NCBI GenBank assembly: GCA_014237955.1
Contig: JABABY010000006.1
Span: 1 to 32,218 of the forward strand
Reading direction: 5' to 3'
Origin: Planctomycetota bacterium
Lineage (GTDB): Bacteria; Planctomycetota; Planctomycetia; Pirellulales; UBA7805
DNA: 32,218 bases
Below, one piece after another: positions 19,649 through 28,781 of this stretch. A model generated the notes under the pieces. The model searched no databases. It saw only the letters and a list, made by a program, of their open reading frames with translations, and was not told where the DNA came from. Numbering within the stretch: the first letter of the stretch is position 1; the number at the start of each line of letters is the position of its first letter. The translations under genes were made by a program, and so were the position numbers.

Positions 19649-21475
19649 TCAGGTCTTTTTGCCCTCGGTCTCTCCTGTGTCGAGAACGGCCAGGAAAGCC
19701 TTTTGTGGAATATCGACACTCCCGATCGACTTCATCCTTTTTTTTCCTTCTTTCTGTTTGGCCCAGAGTTTGCGTTTTCGGGAAATATCGCCCCCATAAC
19801 ATTTGGCCGTCACGTTCTTACGGAGTGCAGAAATTGTTTCCCGGGCAATAATTCGCGACCCGATTGCCGCCTGGATGGGCACTTCAAACATGTGTCGGTC
19901 GATCTCCTTACGGAGCTTTTTGACCACCGCCCTTCCCCGCGGATCGGCATCCCGACGATCGCAAATAATACTCAAAGCGTCGACCCGTTTGTTGCCCACC
20001 AAGATATCGAGGCGGACTAAATCGGCCGGGAAATAGCCCAACAGTTCGTAGTCCATCGTACCAAAGCCTTTGGTGGCACTCTTGAGTCGGTCGTGCATGT
20101 CATAAATTACTTCGGCCAGCGCAATATCGTACACCAGCATTGCCCGGGTCGGTGATAGATATTCGGTGCGCACGTATTTGCCGCGCCGGTCCTCGCATAA
20201 TTTCATGGCCGGGCCGATGTAATCGACTGGCATGAGCAAGTTCACCCGGACAATAGGCTGCCGAAATTCTTCGATATCACCGGCCTCTGGAACCTCCTGG
20301 GGTGTGTGGATCTGCAATGTCTTACCCGCCGGTGTGTCAATTTCATACGTCACGTTGGGTGCGGTTTGGACGAGATCGAGATCCGACTCCTGCTCCAAAC
20401 GCTGCTGGATAATCTCCATGTGCAACAAACCGAGAAATCCACAACGAAATCCAAACCCCAGTGCATCGCTGGTTTCGGGTTCAAACTCAAAACTAGGATC
20501 ATTGATAGCCAATTTCTGCAGCGCATCGCGGAGTTCCTCAAAATTTTCTCCGTCCGAAGGGTAGAGTCCGCAATAAACCATTCGTTTGGGTGCCTGATAG
20601 CCGGTCAACGGTTGTCCGGCGGCATCCCCCGCCACGCTGACAGTGTCACCAACATGAACGTGTCCAAGCTGCTTGATATTGCAAATTAGGTACCCAACCT
20701 GTCCGGCTTGAAGTTTTTTTCCCGCCTTCCTCTGAGGAACAAAATGACCCAGTTCCAGCACTTCATGTTCTGATCCGGCCCGCAAAAAGCAAATTTTTTG
20801 TCCCTTCCTAATCGTGCCATTCATGACGCGGATGTAGGTAATTGCGCCGCGAAACTCGTCGTAATGCGAGTCAAACACCATCGCCTGCAACGGTGCTGCA
20901 GGGTCCCCTTCGGGCGGCGGAACCCGCTCGATGATCGTTTCTAGAAGTTCGTCAACGCCCTCACCTGTTTTGGCACTACAGCGAAGAATCTCTGCCGCGT
21001 CGTAACCAAGACTCTGTTCCAACTCTTCGGCCACCTCGTCAGGACGTGCATGGGTTACATCAATCTTATTAAGGACCGGAATCACTTCGAGATTGTGTTC
21101 CATCGCTGCATAGGCGTTGGCCACGGTTTGCGCCTCCACGCCTTGAAATGCATCAACGAGCAGCAAGGCGCCCTCACAGCAAGCCAGCGATCGCGAGACC
21201 TCATAATGGAAATCGACGTGTCCCGGTGTATCGATCAAGTTCAATTCGTACTCTTGTCCCTGATAGGTATGCCGCATTGTCACAGCGCGAGCCTTAATGG
21301 TTATCCCTCGAGCTCTTTCAAGCTCCATGTCGTCGAGCATCTGCTCATTGAGTTCTCTCAGTTCCACCGTATCGGTAGCCTGCAATAAACGATCTGCAAG
21401 CGTACTTTTGCCGTGATCAATGTGGGCAATAATCGAAAAATTACGAGTATGTTTACAGTCTGGCATAAAACACAT
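19649..21475 (-). CDS. lepA: Translation elongation factor 4
   Basis: RNFSIIAHIDHGKSTLADRL, LIDTPGHVDF, NKID, GFRCGFLGLLHMEI, RKNVTAKCYGGDISRKRKL. Start may be 21466. Confidence 0.98.
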   Translation of the reverse strand: MCFMPDCKHTRNFSIIAHIDHGKSTLADRLLQATDTVELRELNEQMLDDMELERARGITIKARAVTMRHTYQGQEYELNLIDTPGHVDFHYEVSRSLACCEGALLLVDAFQGVEAQTVANAYAAMEHNLEVIPVLNKIDVTHARPDEVAEELEQSLGYDAAEILRCSAKTGEGVDELLETIIERVPPPEGDPAAPLQAMVFDSHYDEFRGAITYIRVMNGTIRKGQKICFLRAGSEHEVLELGHFVPQRKAGKKLQAGQVGYLICNIKQLGHVHVGDTVSVAGDAAGQPLTGYQAPKRMVYCGLYPSDGENFEELRDALQKLAINDPSFEFEPETSDALGFGFRCGFLGLLHMEIIQQRLEQESDLDLVQTAPNVTYEIDTPAGKTLQIHTPQEVPEAGDIEEFRQPIVRVNLLMPVDYIGPAMKLCEDRRGKYVRTEYLSPTRAMLVYDIALAEVIYDMHDRLKSATKGFGTMDYELLGYFPADLVRLDILVGNKRVDALSIICDRRDADPRGRAVVKKLRKEIDRHMFEVPIQAAIGSRIIARETISALRKNVTAKCYGGDISRKRKLWAKQKEGKKRMKSIGSVDIPQKAFLAVLDTGETEGKKT

Positions 21476-21565
21476 GATCGCGGCTGAGGTTTGTCGCTGT
21501 TAAGAGGAGAACCGTAAAATAAGCAGATTGAATATTCTTGACGGATCGGAGCCCCATTTCACATC

Positions 21566-22597
21566 CTACGAGCTCTTCTGGTATGCAAGCCGGCCAATAC
21601 CCGCAGCGCCGATAAATCCCGCATCACCGCCAAGTGAAGCGAAATTGATGGAAGTGTTCTGAGCCAACACAGGAAAGGCTCGCTTGCGAACTTCGTCCAT
21701 AGTCGCCTCTAAAAAACGACGGCCAACGGCATTGTCGCGACCACCAAAATTCATTGCGCCACCAAGTACGACCGCTGCAGGATCGAGGATGTGCATCAAC
21801 GTAGTGATTCCAATACCAAGATAGCGGCCCGTGTCGAGAATGATTTCCAGGGCCAACGCGTCCCCGGACTCGGCAGCCTGATGAATATCTCGCGATGTCA
21901 ATGTCCTCTCAGGGCCACACTGCTCGGCAAGACTACTCTGTCGACCACCCGCAACCGCCTCGCATGCACGAGCAGCTACTGCGGTTGCGCTACAATAAGC
22001 CTCCAAGTGACCGCGGCCACCACAGCTGCACAACCGGGCCTCTTCGCTACAATCGATGATCATATGCCCACACTCTCCACCATGGCTATTTTCGCCTTCG
22101 AGTAAAAACTCTCCAATGATGATACCGCCACCCACACCTGTCCCCAACGTCAGCATGAGCATGCTCGGATACTGGCAACCGCTCCCTACCCAAAATTCTC
22201 CGTAAGCGGCCGCATTGGCATCATTGGCATAGGCAACTGGCAGACCCACATTTTGGCTGACGCGATCGCGAATGGGAAAATTCGACCCTCCTGGAAGGTT
22301 TGGAATATTGAGCAACAGCCCCGTTGGAATGTCCATCATACCGGGTGTTCCCAAGCCGACATAGGATACCTGCTCCATCTGCAGCCCTGCCTGGGAAAGG
22401 GCCTCCTTAGCGGCAAGAGCCATCCGGCCGGCACCCGCCTCCGGACCTTCCTGCACATGACTCGCAACTGTCGCATAGCCAAGGCAGCGACCCTTATTAT
22501 CCACCACACCACTCTTGATGTTCGTACCACCAAGGTCGATACCGATAAAATAGGGGGCTTCTGCTTCCGACACAGGGAAATGTTTACGAACAGACAT
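21566..22597 (-). CDS. ROK family sugar kinase (glucokinase-like)
   Basis: IGIDLGGTNIK, NDANAAAYGE, TLGTGVGGG, GECGHM, CSCGGRGHLEAY; no HTH domain. Confidence 0.92.
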   Translation of the reverse strand: MSVRKHFPVSEAEAPYFIGIDLGGTNIKSGVVDNKGRCLGYATVASHVQEGPEAGAGRMALAAKEALSQAGLQMEQVSYVGLGTPGMMDIPTGLLLNIPNLPGGSNFPIRDRVSQNVGLPVAYANDANAAAYGEFWVGSGCQYPSMLMLTLGTGVGGGIIIGEFLLEGENSHGGECGHMIIDCSEEARLCSCGGRGHLEAYCSATAVAARACEAVAGGRQSSLAEQCGPERTLTSRDIHQAAESGDALALEIILDTGRYLGIGITTLMHILDPAAVVLGGAMNFGGRDNAVGRRFLEATMDEVRKRAFPVLAQNTSINFASLGGDAGFIGAAGIGRLAYQKSS

Positions 22598-22809
22598 GGA
22601 TTAAAGCAGTGTGATACGTTTAGCTCACCACGAACGGGGTGAAATATCGGGGTGGCCTCGAGCGTCCAGAAATAGACCTTTGCAATTATATCTGCCGCCA
22701 AGCCTGCTCGATAGATATCCCACGAAGGATAAAGCGGCGAATGATTGTTCATGTATTGCGAACTACAAGCTAAACTAGAAATGGAAGGATAAAGACCCAC
22801 GACCCTGAT

Positions 22810-24297
22810 ATGCAACTACTTCGAAAAACCACATCCCATATTTTTATCACTGTGCTGATGGTCGGTCTCGTGGTTGGCTATTGCGCCGTTGCCAGAATCT
22901 CGTGGGCGACTGGAGAAGAGGAAAATACCAATCTCTATACCCAATACACGGCCAGTTTTCTGCAAAAAATAGGCCGCTTAGAAATCGAGGCGGATCAGGC
23001 CGGCGAGACTATTCTCGCGGAGAAAATTCGCAACTGGATGCCGCAACGAGGGTCTGAGAAAATATATCTATTTCATCCCGGTTCTCCTGCCACGAACGAA
23101 TCGCGGAAATCAAAACTTGAACAGGCGTTTGGAAAGCTATGCCTCCAGCACGGCGAGGACCTTCTCGAACTTTCGCGGCGACTCGCCACAGACGGGCAGG
23201 TGACAAAATCGGTAATGGTCCTTTCAGAAGCGCTCTACCACGCGCCCCAACTTTCCGAAGCAAGAGAACTTCTCGGCTACCAAAAACACGGAGACCGGTG
23301 GATTACTCCGGAAGCTGAAAAACAGTTGGCCGAAGGGAACATCTGGAGCGATCAATTTGGCTGGCTTCCCAAAGACCACCTCCCCCGCTACCAAACAGGT
23401 GAACGGTACTACCATGGCCGTTGGATCAGCCGCGAAAAAGATGCCCGCCTTCACGCAGATATCAAACGCGGCTGGAAAGTCGAAACAGACCACTATGAGG
23501 TCATCACCAACCATAGTCTTGAAGCAGGCGTACAAATCGCTTTGAAACTCGAGCAACTTTACAGCGTTTGGTGGCAAGTGTTTGCCAACTACCACATCTC
23601 TTCGGAAGAACTTAAAAAGATGTTTTCTGCCAACGGTATTCCACGAAGCTCTCTCAAGCGACATAAAGTGGTGTACTTTCGAGATCGCAAAGACTATGTA
23701 TCTGAGCTCGGACGACTGCAAGCGGGAATTGAGAATAGTTGGGGATTTTATTTTGAAAACAGAAAGACTGCCTATTTTTATCCGGAAGAAAAAGATTCCG
23801 AAAAAATCACTCTCTGGCATGAAGCGACCCATCAGCTTTTTTCTGAAACGAGAGCATCCCACAAAGTGGCCAGGCTAAAGAACAACTTTTGGATTACCGA
23901 AGGGATTGCCTGCTTCATGGAGTCCCTACAGCCCGGGGCAAATTTTTCGACGCTCGGCGGGCTGCAGGAGGGTCGCCTTCCGGCTGCCCGAGCGCGACTC
24001 GAGCAGACGCACTTCTATATCCCATTCGACCGTTTGGTTGCCCTCAGCGGTAGCGACATCCAGCGGGATCCGGACATTCAAAAGCTCTACTCCCAGATCG
24101 CCGGGCAAGCCACTTTTTTGATGGTGGCGGACAATGGGCAGTATCGGCAGGGGGTTACAGATTATCTACGCGCCGTGTATCGCGGCATCGCTAGACCAGA
24201 AACACTCGCCTTGAAACTGGGGGTGCGCCTTGCGGTACTCGACAATCAGTACCGAGATTTTTTGTTGGGACGCCAAACTACGAGGCCAGAGCCTTGA
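22810..24297 (+). CDS. Secreted DUF1570-like gluzincin-motif protein
   Basis: N-terminal signal/TM segment; TLWHEATHQL (HExxH) followed by WITEGIACFME. Confidence 0.75.
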   Translation: MQLLRKTTSHIFITVLMVGLVVGYCAVARISWATGEEENTNLYTQYTASFLQKIGRLEIEADQAGETILAEKIRNWMPQRGSEKIYLFHPGSPATNESRKSKLEQAFGKLCLQHGEDLLELSRRLATDGQVTKSVMVLSEALYHAPQLSEARELLGYQKHGDRWITPEAEKQLAEGNIWSDQFGWLPKDHLPRYQTGERYYHGRWISREKDARLHADIKRGWKVETDHYEVITNHSLEAGVQIALKLEQLYSVWWQVFANYHISSEELKKMFSANGIPRSSLKRHKVVYFRDRKDYVSELGRLQAGIENSWGFYFENRKTAYFYPEEKDSEKITLWHEATHQLFSETRASHKVARLKNNFWITEGIACFMESLQPGANFSTLGGLQEGRLPAARARLEQTHFYIPFDRLVALSGSDIQRDPDIQKLYSQIAGQATFLMVADNGQYRQGVTDYLRAVYRGIARPETLALKLGVRLAVLDNQYRDFLLGRQTTRPEP

Positions 24298-24310
24298 TGC
24301 GGGCAAACCG

Positions 24311-24340
24311 TTGACCGGACCCCCTGGGGACCATTATTAT
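24311..24340 (+). promoter_or_regulatory. Sigma70-type promoter for tRNA-His
   Basis: TTGACC-N18-TATTAT about 36 nt upstream of the tRNA. Confidence 0.55.
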
Positions 24341-24376
24341 ATCCAGGGTAGTGGAATGATCACTCACGCTTCAGTT

Positions 24377-24451
24377 GGTGGCTATAGCTCAGTTGGTTAG
24401 AGCGCCGGATTGTGGTTCCGGAGGCCGGGGGTTCGAGTCCCCTTAGCCACC
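24377..24451 (+). tRNA. tRNA-His(GTG)
   Basis: G(-1)GTGGCTA acceptor pairs with TAGCCAC-C. D-arm GCTCAGTTGGTTAGAGC, anticodon arm CCGGA-TTGTGGT-TCCGG, T-arm GGGGGTTCGAGTCCCCT. CCA not encoded. Confidence 0.97.
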
Positions 24452-24618
24452 CTCAGCGGGACGGCCCTCCCCCTGGAGTACTTATCACCCGCTCGCACAT
24501 AACCCGCATTGGAAGAGATACTACAATAAGAGAATGGGAGACTCCGAAACGCTGGGAGCTTCCCCCAATGGACACCATAATTAATCGCATACGTATGATC
24601 TCTAGCTGAAAAATCAAT

Positions 24619-25407
24619 ATGTCCACTGAAGAGCTGCAAATTTGGGAACGCGCTGAAGCGGAGCGGAGCAACTCTGAAGCATCAAAGATCAACACAGAGG
24701 AACTCCGATCGAAGGAAATTAATATTCAACGTTATCTCGATCCGCCTGCCGATACCTGGCATCCACTCGAATATTCCTTTCACCTTCTTGGTGACATCCG
24801 TGGCAAAACGGTACTTGAATATGGGTGTCACGACGGGGCCAATACCGTCGTCTTGGCGCTTCGTGGAGCAGAGGTCAAAGCGATCGATATTTCACCTGAC
24901 TTAATCGATATTGCTCGTAAGTGACTGATCGCTAATGAGGTAACGGCCGATGTGGAATTTATCGTCGGTTCGGCTCATGACGTACCCCTGCCAGACGATT
25001 CAGTAGACATTGTATTCGGCATGGCAATTTTGCATCACCTAGAGCTTGCGCTCTCCGCGCGTGAAGTAAAGCGTGTGCTACGGAAAGGTGGGCGGGCGAT
25101 CTTCCGGGAACCTGTCCGAAATTCGAAGATGGCACAATATCTTCGCAAGTTAATTCCGTATCAAGGTCGCAATGTGTCGCCTTTTGAGCGCCCTTTGACC
25201 GATAAAGAATTGGCTGTCTATGCGAGTGGCTTTGCTTCCTACCGCACTAAGGCCTTTAAGTTGCCAACAAGCGATTTGGTTGCAGTCATACCCCCACTGC
25301 GAAAATATTTTTCTCGAGCCACTCAGAAAATGGATGCTACCATATTAAAACATTGTCGTTGGCTCAATTATTATGCCGGAGTGCGAGTCATCGAGTTGGT
25401 TAAATAA
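24619..25407 (+). pseudogene. Class I SAM-dependent methyltransferase interrupted by one in-frame TGA (24922-24924)
   Basis: The two ORF-track pieces share a frame: ...VLEYGCHDG...AIDISPDLIDIARK*LIANEVTADVEFIVGSAHDVPLPDDSVDIV...RVLRKGG; 262 aa if read through. Confidence 0.75.
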
Positions 25408-25440
25408 TTTGCGCCTAGCGGCAACCGGCCGGAGAATGAC

Positions 25441-25878
25441 ATGGGTGATGCGAAAGAGGATAAACAGCTTTTATTAGCTGCGGTACGTATTGCCAGGGAG
25501 GGTCAACGAGAAGGAAATCAGCCTTATGGGGCTGTCGTTTTCAGGGCCGGCCAGATCATCGCAGAAGCGTACAATTCTGCGGCCACCAGTGGCGACCGTC
25601 TTTCCCACGCAGAGACCAATGCGTTGGATTCAGCATGCCGACGTCTCGGCACCTCATCGCTCGCAGACTGTACACTCTATTGCACCAGTGAACCTTGTAT
25701 CTTATGTGTCGGCGCGATCGCTTGGACCGGTGTTGGACGGGTTGTCTATGGTGTGGCAGATCCAATCGATGGTGCCATTGGCGAACTGCAAACGATCGAA
25801 ACCAACATTGCAACAACCCATCTCTCCTTTGATGAGTGTGACGAACTCTTTGCAGAAATTACCCAGAAGCAGCGTTAG
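25441..25878 (+). CDS. Zinc-dependent nucleoside/nucleotide deaminase (TadA/guanine deaminase-like)
   Basis: PYGAVV, SHAETNAL, LYCTSEPCILCVGAI. Confidence 0.9.
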   Translation: MGDAKEDKQLLLAAVRIAREGQREGNQPYGAVVFRAGQIIAEAYNSAATSGDRLSHAETNALDSACRRLGTSSLADCTLYCTSEPCILCVGAIAWTGVGRVVYGVADPIDGAIGELQTIETNIATTHLSFDECDELFAEITQKQR

Positions 25879-25928
25879 TGCTGGCGAGTAAAATTTTCAC
25901 CAGCGCAATTTTCCAAAAAAACAACACG

Positions 25929-26010
25929 GTTTTTCAGAAAAACTGCAATACCGCCCATGTGGAAAAAGTATATAATCGGTAGCGTTCGATCGATGCGTTT
26001 CATTTAGGAG
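25929..26010 (+). promoter_or_regulatory. Promoter/RBS region of the HMA gene with inverted repeat
   Basis: Inverted repeat GTTTTTC-A-GAAAAAC (25929-25943), TATAAT (25971-25976), AGGAG (26006-26010) 9 nt before ATG 26020. Confidence 0.45.
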
Positions 26011-26019
26011 ATCATTTCT

Positions 26020-26376
26020 ATGAAGCTTTTACACAACATGGCATTTGGCGGAGCCCTGTTTGCTGTTTTGGCCTTCCTGGGATGCGGGCAACAAGGCTCA
26101 GCACCAGAAGCGTCTTCGGCATCCGCAAACTTGAACAATGTGGCTGCGGCATCCAACCTGCCCAGCCTTACCCTTGCTATTTCCGGCATGACCTGACCAG
26201 TAGGTTGTAAGCCTCGGGTCGAGGCCGCGCTCAAAAAGGCACCTGGTGTCAAAAATGTACAGGTCGATTTTGCAACGAAAAAAGCAGTCGTCACCTTTGA
26301 CAACAAAGGTAATGATGGAAAATCGTTGATAGAATCTCTCAAAGAAGCCGGATTTGGTGGCGAGGTGGTCAACTAG
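26020..26376 (+). CDS. Probable selenocysteine-containing heavy-metal-associated (HMA; MerP/CopZ-like) lipoprotein
   Basis: Manual translation: MKLLHNMAFGGALFAVLAFLGCGQQGSAPEASSASANLNNVAAASNLPSLTLAISGMT(TGA)PVGCKPRVEAALKKAPGVKNVQVDFATKKAVVTFDNKGNDGKSLIESLKEAGFGGEVVN*. TGA (26194-26196, codon 59) sits at the first Cys of GMTC. Lipobox Cys22, RBS, SECIS-like hairpin. Confidence 0.85.
26194..26230 (+). promoter_or_regulatory. Bacterial SECIS-like element
   Basis: TGA, 14 nt, then GCCTC-GGGTC-GAGGC (26211-26225). The G-rich apical loop contains GGUC and begins about 20 nt after the UGA. Confidence 0.7.
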
Positions 26377-26470
26377 ATCAACAATATTCCATGCTGTCGT
26401 ACACGCCGACTCCAAGCGGTACCGCGGAAATCTCTCGCTGAGATGGATGGGTGCCGCTTTTTTCGTTTGA

Positions 26471-28537
26471 TTACTTCTTCGGCCGTTTTCGCTTACTCTT
26501 CCTCGGTTGCTGTCCGGATGAAGGCCTCTCCGGACGATAGCCCGCACCCGCCTTGTTGCGGGACTGACGTTTCTTTTTATTGGATGCTTTCTTGCCATCG
26601 ATTCCATGTACGTAATGGCCCTCGTGCTCCTGATTCGCTTTATGCCGCCGCCCCTCAATGGCCTCTCTCGGCGGCCGAGATGCAATTAGGGCGTCGCAAC
26701 CAGAGCCGATCAAATCCTGGCGACCCACTTTTTCGAGTGCTTTGCGTACCTGAAAATAGTTTTCCGGCTTGAAAAACTGCATCAGCGCCCGCTGCAACTT
26801 GCGATCCCGCAGGTGGCGCGCGATGTGGACTTCTTTTCCCGTAAAGGGATCGAGACCCGTGTAGTACATGGCGGTCGCCACATCGAACGGCGCCGGAATA
26901 AAATCCTGTACCTGATCGGGGCGATAACCGGTTCGCTTGAGAAAGACCGCCAGATCGATCATAGCATCCAAATCGCTACCCGGATGACTGGCGATGTAAT
27001 AGGGAATCAAGTACTGCTTCTTGCCCGCGCGCTTGGATTCGCCCTTAAAAATTTTGGCAAACTCCTCAAAATCATCGTTGGACGGTTTGCGCATCAGAGC
27101 GAGCACATGCGGATCCGTATGCTCTGGGGCTACCTTCAGGTGCCCCCCCACGTGATACCGGGTGAGATCACGCATGTATTCGGGGGACCGACGGGCGAGA
27201 TCCATCCGAATTCCGCTCGCTACAAGCGCCTTTTTGACTCCGGGTGTTTTGCGGACATCTTTCATCAACTGCACCAGCGGCCCATGGTCGGTTCCCAGTA
27301 ATTTACAAATCGTCGGATGCACGCACGATTGGCGACGACAAACGGCTTCGACTTCTGGTCGTACACACCGCATCTGATACATGTTGGCCGTGGGGCCGCC
27401 GATATCGCTGATCACTCCTTTGAACCCTTTGTCTTTCGTCATCGTGTCCACTTCGGTCTGGACCGACTGACCGGATCGTGATTGGATAATACGTCCCTGG
27501 TGGGTGGTGATCGAACAGAAGGTACAACCGCCGAAACAGCCTCGCATGATTGTGACCGAGTCCTTGATCATCTCAAAAGCAGGAATCGGTTCGCTGTAGG
27601 AAGAATGTGGTTTGCGGGTATACGGAAGTGCATAAATAGAATCCATCGAACGTTCAGAAATCGGCAGCGTGGGTGGATTGGCAACCACGGCCTGACGATC
27701 ATGCCACTGAATGAGACGCCGGGCGTTGTACGGATTTGTTTCGTTGTGGATGATCTTGGTCGCACGGGAAAAGGCTACTTTGTCATCAAGGACTTCTTCG
27801 TAACTCGGAATGGTAATGGCATCCTCTGGGGGCGTCTCCGAAGCCCCCATGGCATAGGCAACACCCCGCATGTCGCGAAGATCGCGAACTGTCTCTCCCG
27901 CATCCAGGCGCCGCGCGATCTGCAAAATCGATTCCTCTCCCATTCCAAAAGCGAGTATGTCTGCTTTGCAGTCAAGAAGAATCGAGCGCCGCACCTTATC
28001 ACTCCAATAGTCGTAATGGGCAAGCCGCCGCAGAGATGCCTCCACGCCACCGGCAATCACGGGAACCCCCTTAAATGCCTCACGAGCGCGTTGACAGTAG
28101 GCGAGCGTCGCCCGATCAGGGCGCATGCCAATCCGACCCCCCGGTGAATAGGCATCGTCATTACGAACCTTGCGGTTCGCCGTGTAGTGATTGATCATCG
28201 AATCCATGTTGCCCGCGCTAATTGCATAAAAAAGGCGCGGACGGCCAAACGTTTTCCACGGCTCACAGCTATGCCAATCGGGTTGCGACACAATACCCAC
28301 ACGAAAACCGGCCGCCTCTAACACGCGGCCGAGAATAGCGGCTGCAAAACTCGGATGGTCGATGTAGGCATCGCCTGTTACAAAAACAACGTCAACCTGA
28401 TCCCAGCCGCGATCGTTCATTTCGGCACGAGACATTGGCAGCGGCTTTGCTGCCTGGTCGAGCGCAAGATCTTCCAGGATTGCACCAGTCTGTCCGGCAG
28501 ATGCAAGAATCGGAAGTCGGTCCTGGGGAGGCAGCAT
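26471..28537 (-). CDS. ygiQ: YgiQ (UPF0313) family radical SAM protein
   Basis: [57 protein letters not shown] (CxxxCxxC), [24 protein letters not shown]. Confidence 0.93.
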   Translation of the reverse strand: MLPPQDRLPILASAGQTGAILEDLALDQAAKPLPMSRAEMNDRGWDQVDVVFVTGDAYIDHPSFAAAILGRVLEAAGFRVGIVSQPDWHSCEPWKTFGRPRLFYAISAGNMDSMINHYTANRKVRNDDAYSPGGRIGMRPDRATLAYCQRAREAFKGVPVIAGGVEASLRRLAHYDYWSDKVRRSILLDCKADILAFGMGEESILQIARRLDAGETVRDLRDMRGVAYAMGASETPPEDAITIPSYEEVLDDKVAFSRATKIIHNETNPYNARRLIQWHDRQAVVANPPTLPISERSMDSIYALPYTRKPHSSYSEPIPAFEMIKDSVTIMRGCFGGCTFCSITTHQGRIIQSRSGQSVQTEVDTMTKDKGFKGVISDIGGPTANMYQMRCVRPEVEAVCRRQSCVHPTICKLLGTDHGPLVQLMKDVRKTPGVKKALVASGIRMDLARRSPEYMRDLTRYHVGGHLKVAPEHTDPHVLALMRKPSNDDFEEFAKIFKGESKRAGKKQYLIPYYIASHPGSDLDAMIDLAVFLKRTGYRPDQVQDFIPAPFDVATAMYYTGLDPFTGKEVHIARHLRDRKLQRALMQFFKPENYFQVRKALEKVGRQDLIGSGCDALIASRPPREAIEGRRHKANQEHEGHYVHGIDGKKASNKKKRQSRNKAGAGYRPERPSSGQQPRKSKRKRPKK

Positions 28538-28781
28538 CAGTACATCCTAAATGAAAATTGAATCTACCTATTCTAGTCTGGATATACGGCCCAAGGACTA
28601 TGAAGGATGCTAATTTTATTCAGTAAAACCGGCTCAAAAAGAGTGTTTGCAAAGCATTGAGGATGTTGCCGGAAATCGGGGGGAGATATACTGGCCAGAA
28701 CGTTCTGAACATCCAACGACATCGACCCCAAAGTAGCCAACCATCCCTTCTTAAATGCTGCTTGTGCGGGATAGAAACATT

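Noticed and set aside
26004-26372. 122-aa minus-strand ORF (and 26098..26685) in the ORF track
   Set aside because: Antisense shadow of the plus-strand HMA gene, which has the RBS, lipobox and domain motifs
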